From IMG/VR virus record IMGVR_UViG_3300032247_000631, positions 1 through 26,551 of that record: a DNA stretch of 26,551 nucleotides. One strand, written 5' to 3'. A program made the position numbers and the translations under genes. The notes under the pieces were generated by a model that saw only the letters and a list, made by a program, of their open reading frames with translations, was not told the DNA's origin and searched no databases. Shown one piece after another: positions 7,469 to 15,536 of the stretch. The stretch is from a virus (lineage: Duplodnaviria; Caudoviricetes). The first letter of the stretch is position 1. Every line of letters begins with the position of its first letter.

Positions 7469-7580
7469 AATAGCCCATGAGGTTCGCTACAAACCTTGAA
7501 TTCACGGGAAGGAGTTTGGCAACTAACAAAGAAAGCAGAGGGGAACCACTACATCTAGTGTCGGGAACCCTATACTACTT
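7437..7580 (-). ncRNA. putative small RNA (~145 nt)
   Basis: Bounded by TTTACA-17-TATAGT promoter and UUCG terminator. No RBS-bearing ORF. Rich in anti-SD-like tracts (CTCCTTCCC, TTCCCCTC). Confidence 0.6.
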
Positions 7581-7586
7581 AAAAAT

Positions 7587-7628
7587 ACTATAGCGTGTTT
7601 GAATACAAATGTAAAGCACTGCTAATAA
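7587..7628 (-). promoter_or_regulatory. sigma70 promoter with adjacent operator
   Basis: -35 TTTACA (7615-7610), 17 bp, -10 TATAGT (7592-7587). TTATTAGCAGTGCT (7628-7615) is identical to 5887-5900. Confidence 0.75.
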
Positions 7629-7630
7629 TT

Positions 7631-8098
7631 TTATTCTTCGCCCATCCATTGCCACAAACCATCCAGTACTCTACGTTCCAGCGGAACCATTGAATCAAGG
7701 ATGCGTCTTCTTAACTTCCATGCTCGATAGTTTGTAATACCAAGTTGTGATGCACAGTTACGCACACTTGTAGATAGCATTGCCTGATAGACGGAAGACC
7801 TATCCATCCCAAGACTACCCAAATGTGGGTACGTATCTGAAAGCATACGAGCCGATACCTTGCGCTCATTCGCATCCCCATACATCCAATATGTCCATGC
7901 CAGTTCGTCCTCTCCTAGGCGCTCTATGAACCCGAAGATCATGGCTCCCTGTGCATGGAAGTCATAGGCTGACATTGCCTCACGGCTCTTGACCTGATGC
8001 TTCTCCTTGGCAACAAAGACGTTGTGCGCCTTGCTGATGATGCTCTTGTGCCTAACCTTGAAGGCAAATCGCACTGCTTGCTCTGGAGAATTAAACAT
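7631..8098 (-). CDS. putative Q-like antiterminator / late transcription regulator with C-terminal HTH
   Basis: Start MFNSPEQA overlaps RusA stop (TAATG). C-terminal SVRNCASQLGITNYRAWK HTH. Last gene after rusA, where lambdoid Q lies. Confidence 0.55.
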   Translation of the reverse strand: MFNSPEQAVRFAFKVRHKSIISKAHNVFVAKEKHQVKSREAMSAYDFHAQGAMIFGFIERLGEDELAWTYWMYGDANERKVSARMLSDTYPHLGSLGMDRSSVYQAMLSTSVRNCASQLGITNYRAWKLRRRILDSMVPLERRVLDGLWQWMGEE

Positions 8099-8535
8099 TA
8101 CAGTTCTCCTATCAACACACGCAAACAATCTCTCTCGCCCCATTCCTTTGTGGCGACACATAGCACTACCTGAGTGTCGTCTTCATACACCACACGGTTC
8201 AGTGCATCAAGCACAATCTTGACAATGTTGTCCACGTCTGGCTTTGCCGGAGCAATCAACTGTCGTTGTGCCAACTCTCTCTTTGTTTTAGTCCAGGACT
8301 TCGGTATCTTGTACTCAGCACAGATCACCGCCGCAACCATCCCCGTCCACGGCTCATAATCTCCAAGTTCATGCCGTGCCGCATCCCTTAGAACGCTCTC
8401 GTATGACCTCGTTGCTTGAGGAGTAATAGCAACCCCTGTCTTACGCACAAAGTGCGGTCTACCCTTCCCTATCACCTTGCCGTATACGGCGAACTCAATC
8501 TTCTTGCCGAAGTCTAGGTTCTTTTCGATAGTCAT
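8098..8535 (-). CDS. rusA: RusA family Holliday junction resolvase
   Basis: GKGRP, PKSW, KPDVDNIVKIVLDALN..VYEDDTQV. GAGGAG RBS before ATG 8535. Confidence 0.92.
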   Translation of the reverse strand: MTIEKNLDFGKKIEFAVYGKVIGKGRPHFVRKTGVAITPQATRSYESVLRDAARHELGDYEPWTGMVAAVICAEYKIPKSWTKTKRELAQRQLIAPAKPDVDNIVKIVLDALNRVVYEDDTQVVLCVATKEWGERDCLRVLIGEL

Positions 8536-8638
8536 AGCAACGCTCCTCTGCCGCCCGTAAATAAAGTTTGCACTTTCTTGCGAGGATGTGTTCTCCATTC
8601 CATTGTTCCTTGTAGTACTTGCATCCATGACACGTCAT
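8495..8638 (-). CDS. small Cys-rich (probable Zn-binding) protein
   Basis: MTCHGCKYY...KC...RCYDY; ATGA overlap with the upstream gene. Confidence 0.6.
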   Translation of the reverse strand: MTCHGCKYYKEQWNGEHILARKCKLYLRAAEERCYDYRKEPRLRQED

Positions 8639-8976
8639 CCCCCGTATGCTCGGCGTTCCATCCGCTCGTTTGCTTGTGTTGTTCTCCATACTTCTATTTC
8701 CATTTCTATTCTGCGAAGCAAGAACTTCAACTTGCTTTCTGTTTCTGTCGCTGACTTGATTGCATCAAGCAGTTCTAAATAATCTTTGTGTGCATAAGCC
8801 TCACGCTCTTGACCCGATGCCGTTTGAATGCCAAGGCGTTGCGCCTCCTTCATCAGGATGGCTATCTTGGATTTCTTAAAGTCTTCCACGTAAACCAAGT
8901 GCGCCTTAGCAGTGGAGTAGTTGTCTCCAGCATCTCTGAATTCGATCAGCAGTTGTTCTATCTTTTCATTTGACAC
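8635..8976 (-). CDS. conserved helical phage protein (possibly UvsY-like)
   Basis: AAGGAG RBS; QEREAYA...Y...L and IEVWRT.QANER motifs, all-helical. Confidence 0.75.
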   Translation of the reverse strand: MSNEKIEQLLIEFRDAGDNYSTAKAHLVYVEDFKKSKIAILMKEAQRLGIQTASGQEREAYAHKDYLELLDAIKSATETESKLKFLLRRIEMEIEVWRTTQANERMERRAYGG

Positions 8977-8987
8977 ACTCTCTCCTT

Positions 8988-9281
8988 TTAGAATTTAATA
9001 AAACCTTTGCGACCAGCAATCAAGTAGGTCTTGGCTATCGCTTCAAAAATAAACTGACGCTTCTCTTGCTTGCTCATGCTCATGCCTTGGTCATACTCTG
9101 TATGACAGCGATAGCACAACCAGCCGACCATTGAGTCATCTGCCTTGTTGCCCTTGCCCTTACCATGTTCAATGAGGTTGGAGTGAGCGGCAACAATCGT
9201 GTCATCAGAATTCCCGCACATCACACACGACTGACCTCGTGCCATATCCAACCACTTGCGACTTCTGAATTGCGTATTCAC
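8988..9281 (-). CDS. DUF1364/YbcO-like Zn-binding HNH-type protein
   Basis: RS.KWL..ARGQ.CxxC...VAAHSN..HGKG.G.K.DD...LC..CH..YD. Confidence 0.8.
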   Translation of the reverse strand: MNTQFRSRKWLDMARGQSCVMCGNSDDTIVAAHSNLIEHGKGKGNKADDSMVGWLCYRCHTEYDQGMSMSKQEKRQFIFEAIAKTYLIAGRKGFIKF

Positions 9282-9780
9282 ACAGGTCTCCTATTGGGGT
9301 AAGTTGCGCCCAAGTTAATTCGTAATGGGACTTCCCTTCACGCACAGATGGCGTAAGGTTTTGAGGCTGGAAAAGTTCTGCGCTTGTGGCAAAACCTAGG
9401 ATATGAATCTTGGTTCGCTCAACCTCTGCCAAGATATAAATTTCTGAACTGGTATCCGCCTTGTACTGAGGTACTTGGAGACACTGGTTCTCTTTGTATG
9501 GTCTGGTCTTGACATCGCAAGACAAGCCTTTGTAGACGCAGTCATGCCCACCAGACCTACGCTCAAAGGTTAGGTCAGGGTAGACGTTCAAGTATTTGCA
9601 TACTGCAAACTCACCCAGTACTCCATCGATGTTGATGTCAATGGAGTCCCTGTAGCCGACCATGCGCTCAGTTACACCAGCCGCACGATTGACTGACTGG
9701 CGACTGACCGCCAAGTGTGTCGCAACCCCTATCTCAGAGGGGGACAAGACAACTGGAACGTAATACTCGTTCTGAGTCAT
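9205..9780 (-). CDS. hypothetical protein, probable PD-(D/E)XK nuclease fold
   Basis: G.LGE.AV...L ... GHD ... DVKT motif arrangement. Confidence 0.6.
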   Translation of the reverse strand: MTQNEYYVPVVLSPSEIGVATHLAVSRQSVNRAAGVTERMVGYRDSIDINIDGVLGEFAVCKYLNVYPDLTFERRSGGHDCVYKGLSCDVKTRPYKENQCLQVPQYKADTSSEIYILAEVERTKIHILGFATSAELFQPQNLTPSVREGKSHYELTWAQLTPIGDLCEYAIQKSQVVGYGTRSVVCDVREF

Positions 9781-10046
9781 CTCTTCTTCCTTTTTAAACG
9801 CATCTGCTCTTTCATGCGTATGGCTTTCTCAAGCGGTGTTTCAATCGGCGGCAAGGAGATGCAAGGCACAACTCCGGGAGGAGACTTCTCTCCAATCTCC
9901 AAGCCACCCTCACACGCATACATCACCTTGCTTCCCGGAAACTCAGCGTTCATCTTGTCGTAGAAGGCTGACACCTCAGGCATGATTGACCTGAGTTGTT
10001 CCTTAGTGAACATGGCATTGGCTTCAGATATGGAGAGTTTCAACAT
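9777..10046 (-). CDS. hypothetical protein
   Basis: AGGAG RBS before GTG/ATG (10049/10046); ATGA overlap with the next gene. Confidence 0.7.
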   Translation of the reverse strand: MLKLSISEANAMFTKEQLRSIMPEVSAFYDKMNAEFPGSKVMYACEGGLEIGEKSPPGVVPCISLPPIETPLEKAIRMKEQMRLKRKKR

Positions 10047-11754
10047 CACGTTCTCCTGAGGCGTAGTCTTTACCGGAGTATTTGTGGTTGGTTGCTTCTT
10101 CGTATCTTCCACAGTCAGGTCTCCAATAAAGTTCTGTCATGCCGGGGCGACCAAGCCATCGACTTCTGATTTTTTGTACGTGTATTTCTGATGGCGCTTT
10201 AGGATTTGTTTTGTCCCGATGCACCGTCACGATGTTGTCTGCCTTGTTGAAGAAGTGGGCAGAGCCTGACACTGAGTACCCATCAGGTACTGGGTAGTGA
10301 CCTTCCTTATCCTTGAGCAACTTAGCGGGATGGGCTACAAGCCACACATGAACGCCTTGTTCACGAGCAAACTTGCGGATGTACGTTAGGAACATCGAGA
10401 TGTATTCGGTCTCGTTGATGCCTTCCTTGCGCTTCGTATGATCGAGTTCGTTGTAAGGGTCAATCACCAGTCCACGCATACCGAAACGCTTTACTAAGAC
10501 CTTGGCTTTATCAAGCACCGCCTCAATGGTTGGTTGCTCTGGCAAGATGAAATGAAAATGCTGATGCAACCATTCCTTCGCCTCTTCAAACTCTTCACGA
10601 GTCATGAGTTTGATGCGTTTCTTCATGTGCTTTTCCATCAACTTGGCTGAGTGCCAAGTAATCGGTTGATTCTCTGGTGAACACACACCGATAACCCATC
10701 CACTTTGCTCAGCAAGATTGACTGCTAAAGCGTCAAGCCATTCTGATTTCCCCATGCTGGGAATTCCAGTTACCAATGTCCATTGGGCTGGCGTAGGGGA
10801 ATACAACTCGTCTACATTCTTCCATCCTGTTGCTTCGCCCTTGGGCATACCATCTTCGTAGATGGCGTTCAAGTCTTCGGCGATGTCGTAGACAGAGAAC
10901 AGTCCCTCAACTGGGAATGTCTGTGCATTGTTGATGCACTGCGCCAGCACCTCTGCGCCATGCTTGAGCAGTACCTCATTGGCATCTTTGCACCCCTCAA
11001 CCCACGTCACACGCAAGCAACGCTCACGCCCCAAGCGACGAGCAAGTTCTTCTTCTAACTTGCGCCCCGGCTCATCGTTATCTACCGCCAAGATAAACGT
11101 CTTGATGTTGTCCAACTTGTCATCGTCAAGGTACTCAAACTTAGTCTCGTAGTTCTTGGACGTAGGCGCTGGCGCACCATCGGGTACAGAAATTCCGTTC
11201 TTAAACCCAGCAACCTCAAGGGATAGGGCATCGATCTCGCCCTCGGTAATGATGGCGGTATCGGTTACATCATCGATCTTGTAAAAAGTTTTTTGTGCGC
11301 CGCCGACCTGACGAAAGTTTTTCTTTCCGTCTCGGTACTTGATGTTCACGACCTCGCCGTCTCGATAGTACGGGAAGGCAACGGCACGAACTTCTTCCTC
11401 TACCTGAGGCATCCAGACCGTCAGCGTTGTGACGTGGTTGCGAATCAGGACATCCTTGTTCAAGCCACGGGTGGCAAGGTACTCAAAGGTCTTGTCGGTT
11501 AAAGGCTCAGGCTTGAATTCAGGCTTGAAGTAGGTTTTGGTGTGGGCGACAGTAGGCTTGGAGAACTCGCCTGTCTTGAGTCCACCTGACCAGCCGCAGT
11601 GCCAACAGTTCCATATTCCCTTGTCCGTATTGACATTGAGGCATGGATAAGATTTTTTCTTACGAAGATGACTGCACTTGGGGCAAGGTACTTTGACTTC
11701 TTCGCCAGAGCGATTGCCAAGGTCAATTCCAAAAGAGGAGAAGTCTTTATACAC
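10024..11754 (-). CDS. bifunctional primase-helicase (T7 gp4/Twinkle type)
   Basis: CPKC...CWHC Zn finger; TOPRIM (TEGEIDA, DND, KDANE); Walker A GIPSMGKS; VIDPYN; VAHP; KIR. GTG 11754 follows AAGGAG. Confidence 0.95.
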   Translation of the reverse strand: MYKDFSSFGIDLGNRSGEEVKVPCPKCSHLRKKKSYPCLNVNTDKGIWNCWHCGWSGGLKTGEFSKPTVAHTKTYFKPEFKPEPLTDKTFEYLATRGLNKDVLIRNHVTTLTVWMPQVEEEVRAVAFPYYRDGEVVNIKYRDGKKNFRQVGGAQKTFYKIDDVTDTAIITEGEIDALSLEVAGFKNGISVPDGAPAPTSKNYETKFEYLDDDKLDNIKTFILAVDNDEPGRKLEEELARRLGRERCLRVTWVEGCKDANEVLLKHGAEVLAQCINNAQTFPVEGLFSVYDIAEDLNAIYEDGMPKGEATGWKNVDELYSPTPAQWTLVTGIPSMGKSEWLDALAVNLAEQSGWVIGVCSPENQPITWHSAKLMEKHMKKRIKLMTREEFEEAKEWLHQHFHFILPEQPTIEAVLDKAKVLVKRFGMRGLVIDPYNELDHTKRKEGINETEYISMFLTYIRKFAREQGVHVWLVAHPAKLLKDKEGHYPVPDGYSVSGSAHFFNKADNIVTVHRDKTNPKAPSEIHVQKIRSRWLGRPGMTELYWRPDCGRYEEATNHKYSGKDYASGERDVETLHI

Positions 11755-12004
11755 AAGCAACTCCTTCAAATTCTGTAAGAATTTGCTTATGTATATCTAT
11801 ATTTATATTTTTTCTTATAGAAAAAATATATATATCTTTAAATTTAATTATATATATATATCTATATAGCAATTTGTGTGCCAACGGGCTAAGAACTCTG
11901 TCAGAAAATAACGACACGTAAGCAATTAACATAAATTGTATGTATTTTGCTTGAGTTAGCACCATTTCTGTGCAAAAATGATTACAGATTTTGTAAGCAA
12001 CCAT
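11747..12004 (-). CDS. hypothetical 85-aa ORF in the cro position, spanning the AT-rich tract
   Basis: AAGGAG RBS upstream of ATG 12004; stop overlaps the primase start region; low-complexity Y/I-rich sequence. Confidence 0.45.
   Translation of the reverse strand: MVAYKICNHFCTEMVLTQAKYIQFMLIAYVSLFSDRVLSPLAHKLLYRYIYIIKFKDIYIFSIRKNINIDIHKQILTEFEGVACV
11767..11868. other. AT-rich dyad cluster, candidate replication origin
   Basis: Very AT-rich. Perfect inverted repeats 11767-11785 (8 bp) and 11804-11830 (12 bp); TATATCTATAT twice. Directly upstream of primase-helicase. Confidence 0.5.
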
Positions 12005-12044
12005 TATTTTTTCTCCTTAAATTTGCGAGGTAGCGACTCGTACG

Positions 12045-12094
12045 TATTAGCAATACGCAAGAACAAGTTTAGCAGAACAAATAAATAATTGCAA
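12045..12094 (-). promoter_or_regulatory. leftward promoter of the replication operon with operator
   Basis: TTGCAA (12094-12089)-17-TAAACT (12071-12066) with TG extension; TAGCAATACGCAA 12048-12060 over the start site. Confidence 0.7.
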
Positions 12095-12123
12095 TTAGTA
12101 AACGAAACTTTCAAGGAGGTACA

Positions 12124-12681
12124 ATGAATTCCGCTACTAAACGTGTCGCTGTCAAAAGCAAGAAAGTAAAAATGTTTCCGTTAAAAAAAATCGAGCGACC
12201 GGACTCGCAAGAGAAAGAAAAAAAGAAGCGCTATCAACGCAGAGTTCTAACTGATGATGAGTCACACGATCAGGCGCAACTTAAATCTATTTGGGAAACC
12301 AAACATGATTCTTTGCACCTCACTCAAGCGCAACTAGCAAAAGAATTTGGCTTTAAAAACCAAGCCGCTATCAGCCAGTACCTCAATGGGCGTATACCTT
12401 TGAACATGGAGACGGTGGCGAAATTCGCCAAGGCTTTGCAAGTAAAGGTAGAAGACATTTCTCCACGCTTTGCCAGCGCTTTGCCGCCTCCGATGCCCAA
12501 GGATATGGTCATCAAAGTATCCGATGTCACCGCACTTCAGTTCGTTCGTTCTCTGAATGACTCCATGTCTCCAGCAGTGAACAAAGGCGACCTCATGGCG
12601 ATCGATGTGAACGACACAAGCCCCGGCGGGATGAGCATTCCAACAGGGAAAATAGTCGCAGTATTCCGCAATAAAGCATAA
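12124..12681 (+). CDS. CI-like XRE repressor with internally deleted S24 domain
   Basis: LTQAQLA..G..NQAAISQYLNG.IPLN....KFA..L.V..EDISP (lambda CI-type HTH); remnant NDSMSP...GDL..ID...GKIV; AAGGAGG RBS. Confidence 0.88.
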   Translation: MNSATKRVAVKSKKVKMFPLKKIERPDSQEKEKKKRYQRRVLTDDESHDQAQLKSIWETKHDSLHLTQAQLAKEFGFKNQAAISQYLNGRIPLNMETVAKFAKALQVKVEDISPRFASALPPPMPKDMVIKVSDVTALQFVRSLNDSMSPAVNKGDLMAIDVNDTSPGGMSIPTGKIVAVFRNKA

Positions 12682-12693
12682 CAAATAAAAATA

Positions 12694-12735
12694 TTGCGTA
12701 TTGCTATTGACAATTGTAAGTAACGCTCCTAAACT
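12694..12735 (+). promoter_or_regulatory. promoter of the recombination operon with operator
   Basis: TTGACA (12707-12712)-17-TAAACT (12730-12735). TTGCGTATTGCTA 12694-12706 is the reverse complement of 12048-12060. Confidence 0.8.
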
Positions 12736-12776
12736 TCGTATGTGTTCGCTACACATTCAACAACGAAGAGGAGCCT

Positions 12777-13493
12777 ATGAGCAAAGAAGCAGAAGCGAGA
12801 GAAGCAAGCCCACCCTCAACCTTTGAGCGGCTGGCATCTATCAACGTCAACGAGTACGTTGAAAAGAAAAACGGACTTTCCTACGTGTCGTGGGCTTGGG
12901 CAGTAGATCAACTACTGCGCCAAGACCCAACCGCTACTTGGGAATATCTGTTTTGGGACAACAAGCCTTACTGTCCCATCGGAGAAACAGCAATGGTGTT
13001 CTGTCGGGTGACTGCCTTTGGCATCACACGCACAGCCCAGTTGCCTGTGATGAACCACCGCAACCAACCCATCCCAACGCCCAACTCTTTTGAGTTGAAC
13101 ACTGCAATGCAACGTGCGCTTGCGAAGGCTATCGCCTTGCATGGACTTGCCCTGTATGTGTATGCGGGTGAAGACACACCTTTGGAGTACGGCAATGAAA
13201 CCAACACTGATTTACCCACTGTCCAACAACCGAAGAGTGTTCCGGCTAAAGCCCCTACAGCGCCTAGCCCTGTGGCTTCTAAGCCTGTCGCAAAAGTTCA
13301 GTGCTTGGGCGAGAACGAAATAAAGACCATCAGGGAATTGGCAGAAAAGGTTGGAGTGAACGAGTTGGTAATAGCCAAGGCTTACAAGGTCGACACCTTG
13401 GCAGAAGTGCCGTTGGCAAAGACCGCTCAGATCATTTCCAAGTTGCAAGAGAAAGCCGCTAAAGCGGTAACCGAAACAGAAACCACGGAGTAA
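12777..13493 (+). CDS. sak: Sak/DUF1071 single-strand annealing protein (Rad52 superfamily)
   Basis: INVNEYVEKKNGLSYVSWAWA, LPVMNHRN, NTAMQRALAKAIALHGLALYVYAGED. Confidence 0.9.
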   Translation: MSKEAEAREASPPSTFERLASINVNEYVEKKNGLSYVSWAWAVDQLLRQDPTATWEYLFWDNKPYCPIGETAMVFCRVTAFGITRTAQLPVMNHRNQPIPTPNSFELNTAMQRALAKAIALHGLALYVYAGEDTPLEYGNETNTDLPTVQQPKSVPAKAPTAPSPVASKPVAKVQCLGENEIKTIRELAEKVGVNELVIAKAYKVDTLAEVPLAKTAQIISKLQEKAAKAVTETETTE

Positions 13494-13498
13494 AAAAC

Positions 13499-13762
13499 AT
13501 GGCTTACGACAACAAACAAATCACAATCGCAGTATTCGAAAACACACGCCGTAAGGCAGACAACCACCCCATACAAAATGTCGTCGTGACATTTCCTGAT
13601 GGCTCAAAGTTTGAGGGTGGACTGTGGTCAAAGCAATCCAAGACTGGACTGGACTACATGAGTGGCACGTTGCGCCCAGCCGAGGAGCGTGAGCAGTACG
13701 CCCGTCGTGCAGTACCAAGCCGTGCGCCCAAACAAGTTTCGGAAGAGGTTGACTTCGGATGA
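13499..13762 (+). CDS. putative single-stranded DNA-binding protein (DUF736-like)
   Basis: FEN..K..NHP, LW.K.SK.G..Y.SG, acidic C-terminus EEVDFG; lies between Sak and the exonuclease. Confidence 0.7.
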   Translation: MAYDNKQITIAVFENTRRKADNHPIQNVVVTFPDGSKFEGGLWSKQSKTGLDYMSGTLRPAEEREQYARRAVPSRAPKQVSEEVDFG

Positions 13763-14610
13763 ATTTAACAAACTTGAAGGGTTTACCCGATGCGTTTGTA
13801 TCAGCAGTACGCAATGATTCCTATGTTGGCGGTGGGGATATTAGCGCTACTAAATTGATTGATGCTCCACAAAAGCGTATTCTGAATAAAACATATAAGC
13901 ATTACGTAGTAGAAGACGTAAGTGAACGTGTATGGTCGCTAATGGGTCAAGCAGTACACACCGTGCTTGAGAGAGCCGGAACAACTGCTCTGGTCGAGGA
14001 GCGCCTTTACATGGACGTTAACGGATGGCAACTGTCAGGACAGTTTGATCGTCTACATCTTGGAGACAAGGCTCTTCAAGACTGGAAGGTCACTACTGTT
14101 TTTAAAGCGAATGGTAGTGAGGATTGGGAGAGGCAACTCAACGTGCTTCGTATGTTGGCGAAAGCCAACGGGTATGAAGTAGACACGTTACAAGTCATCG
14201 CCATCTTTAGAGATTGGCGTAGATCAGATGCCTCTCGTAATCCTGACTACCCACAAGCAAGCGTAAAAGTAATTGAAGTCCCAGTATGGGATGACGCTAA
14301 AGCGACGGCGTATATCGAAGAACGTATCGCCTTGCATCAAGCGGCAGACCGTGGGGAAGAAGTTCTTTGCTCTGATGAGGAGCGCTGGTATGCGGGAACC
14401 ACTTATGCCCTTATCAAAGAAGGAAGTAAGAGGGCAAAAAAAGTCTCAGTGAATCGTGATGACCTTGGGGAGCCTGACAAGGGATACGTGATTGAAGAGC
14501 GTAAGGGCGGGTATAGACGGTGTGAAAACTTTTGCGAAGTTGCGCCGTTTTGCAAGCAGTTTAAATCAACGCAATCAAACCAAGGAGATGTAAATGTTGA
14601 TACCTATTGA
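13759..14610 (+). CDS. PD-(D/E)XK (Cas4/RecB-like) exonuclease
   Basis: ISAT.L, G.AVH..LE, SGQFD, DWKVT, QLN, C-terminal RC..FC.V..FC. Confidence 0.88.
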   Translation: MNLTNLKGLPDAFVSAVRNDSYVGGGDISATKLIDAPQKRILNKTYKHYVVEDVSERVWSLMGQAVHTVLERAGTTALVEERLYMDVNGWQLSGQFDRLHLGDKALQDWKVTTVFKANGSEDWERQLNVLRMLAKANGYEVDTLQVIAIFRDWRRSDASRNPDYPQASVKVIEVPVWDDAKATAYIEERIALHQAADRGEEVLCSDEERWYAGTTYALIKEGSKRAKKVSVNRDDLGEPDKGYVIEERKGGYRRCENFCEVAPFCKQFKSTQSNQGDVNVDTY

Positions 14611-14794
14611 AGATGCGGCGCAGTACCTAGGAATAAGTAGCGAGTCAGTTCGCTACTTGGCTCGACATGGACGTATACCAGCCGCCAAGGTTGGACGTGC
14701 ATGGAGGTTTCATAAGCAAGACTTAGACACGTTCATTCGTTCGCAGTACAGCGAAAAAAAGGATGTTGCTAAAGCAGAAGTGTCGGAGGCTTGA
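14594..14794 (+). CDS. xis: HTH_17 excisionase-like DNA-binding protein
   Basis: EDAAQYLGIS..SVRYLAR.GRIPA.KVGRAWRF...DLD.FI. Confidence 0.85.
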   Translation: MLIPIEDAAQYLGISSESVRYLARHGRIPAAKVGRAWRFHKQDLDTFIRSQYSEKKDVAKAEVSEA

Positions 14795-14796
14795 GT

Positions 14797-14991
14797 ATGG
14801 CTACCGTAACCATAAAACTAATAGACGAAGCAGATGGCGTGTCCATCCTGATGGATTGCGACCAAGACCCAGACAAAGTACTCACGCCATCGATGGTGAT
14901 GGCGGGTTCTTTTGCTGACTTTGTAACCGCACTAAGGGCTACTAACAACAATGCAGTGTCAACTATGCAAGAGCAAGACAGATGTCATTGA
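14797..14991 (+). CDS. hypothetical protein
   Basis: GGAGG RBS; MATVTIKLIDEADGV... Confidence 0.65.
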   Translation: MATVTIKLIDEADGVSILMDCDQDPDKVLTPSMVMAGSFADFVTALRATNNNAVSTMQEQDRCH

Positions 14992-15295
14992 TACTCGACT
15001 CCAAAGTGACGGTTCACTTAGACGAAGACGGCAGTGTCAAAACTGCAATACCCGTTTTACTACAGACGAAAGACTGTCAGGAACCTCACGTCAGGAGCGA
15101 GCGTCAGTACCCAAACCACACGCAAGTAAACCTAAAGCAAAACCCAAGTCAGCCAAGGTTGTTCCAAAAAAACATACCCCAGAGCGGCGAAGGGAAAGCA
15201 CGTTTGAATTAGAGAACGTGTGGAACAGGGGGGCGGCTTATGAAGAAGACCTACGAGACAGCGGAATCACACCCAACAGAGATGATGAGTGGTGA
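14951..15295 (+). CDS. NrdR-like zinc-ribbon protein lacking the ATP-cone
   Basis: CQLC...T.VIDTR......RRRRQCQNCNTRFTTDE, followed by a basic low-complexity tail. Confidence 0.8.
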   Translation: MQCQLCKSKTDVIDTRLQSDGSLRRRRQCQNCNTRFTTDERLSGTSRQERASVPKPHASKPKAKPKSAKVVPKKHTPERRRESTFELENVWNRGAAYEEDLRDSGITPNRDDEW

Positions 15296-15536
15296 TATGA
15301 CGCAACTACAAATGAGCGGCAGAACCATGATGCTTCTTTCAGAAGACCTCAAGCGTCAACGAGAGATCAACACAGAACTGCACCGCCATGTAAACGATCT
15401 ACACAGGGAGATCGGCGTACTGCGCTACCTAGAAGCACACATCCATCAATACATTGAGGGTGAGGCAGAACTAGATGATGAGCGCCTCCAAACACTTTTT
15501 GAATCACTACAAAGGATAAGAGGTTTTTATGCTTAA
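15282..15536 (+). CDS. hypothetical coiled-coil protein (start uncertain, 15282-15297)
   Basis: Open frame with heptad pattern, coupled to its neighbours. Confidence 0.65.
   Translation: MMSGDMTQLQMSGRTMMLLSEDLKRQREINTELHRHVNDLHREIGVLRYLEAHIHQYIEGEAELDDERLQTLFESLQRIRGFYA

Noticed and set aside
7585-7600. Second NrdR box
   Set aside because: Several mismatches at conserved positions, atypical spacing, and better explained as the -10 element.
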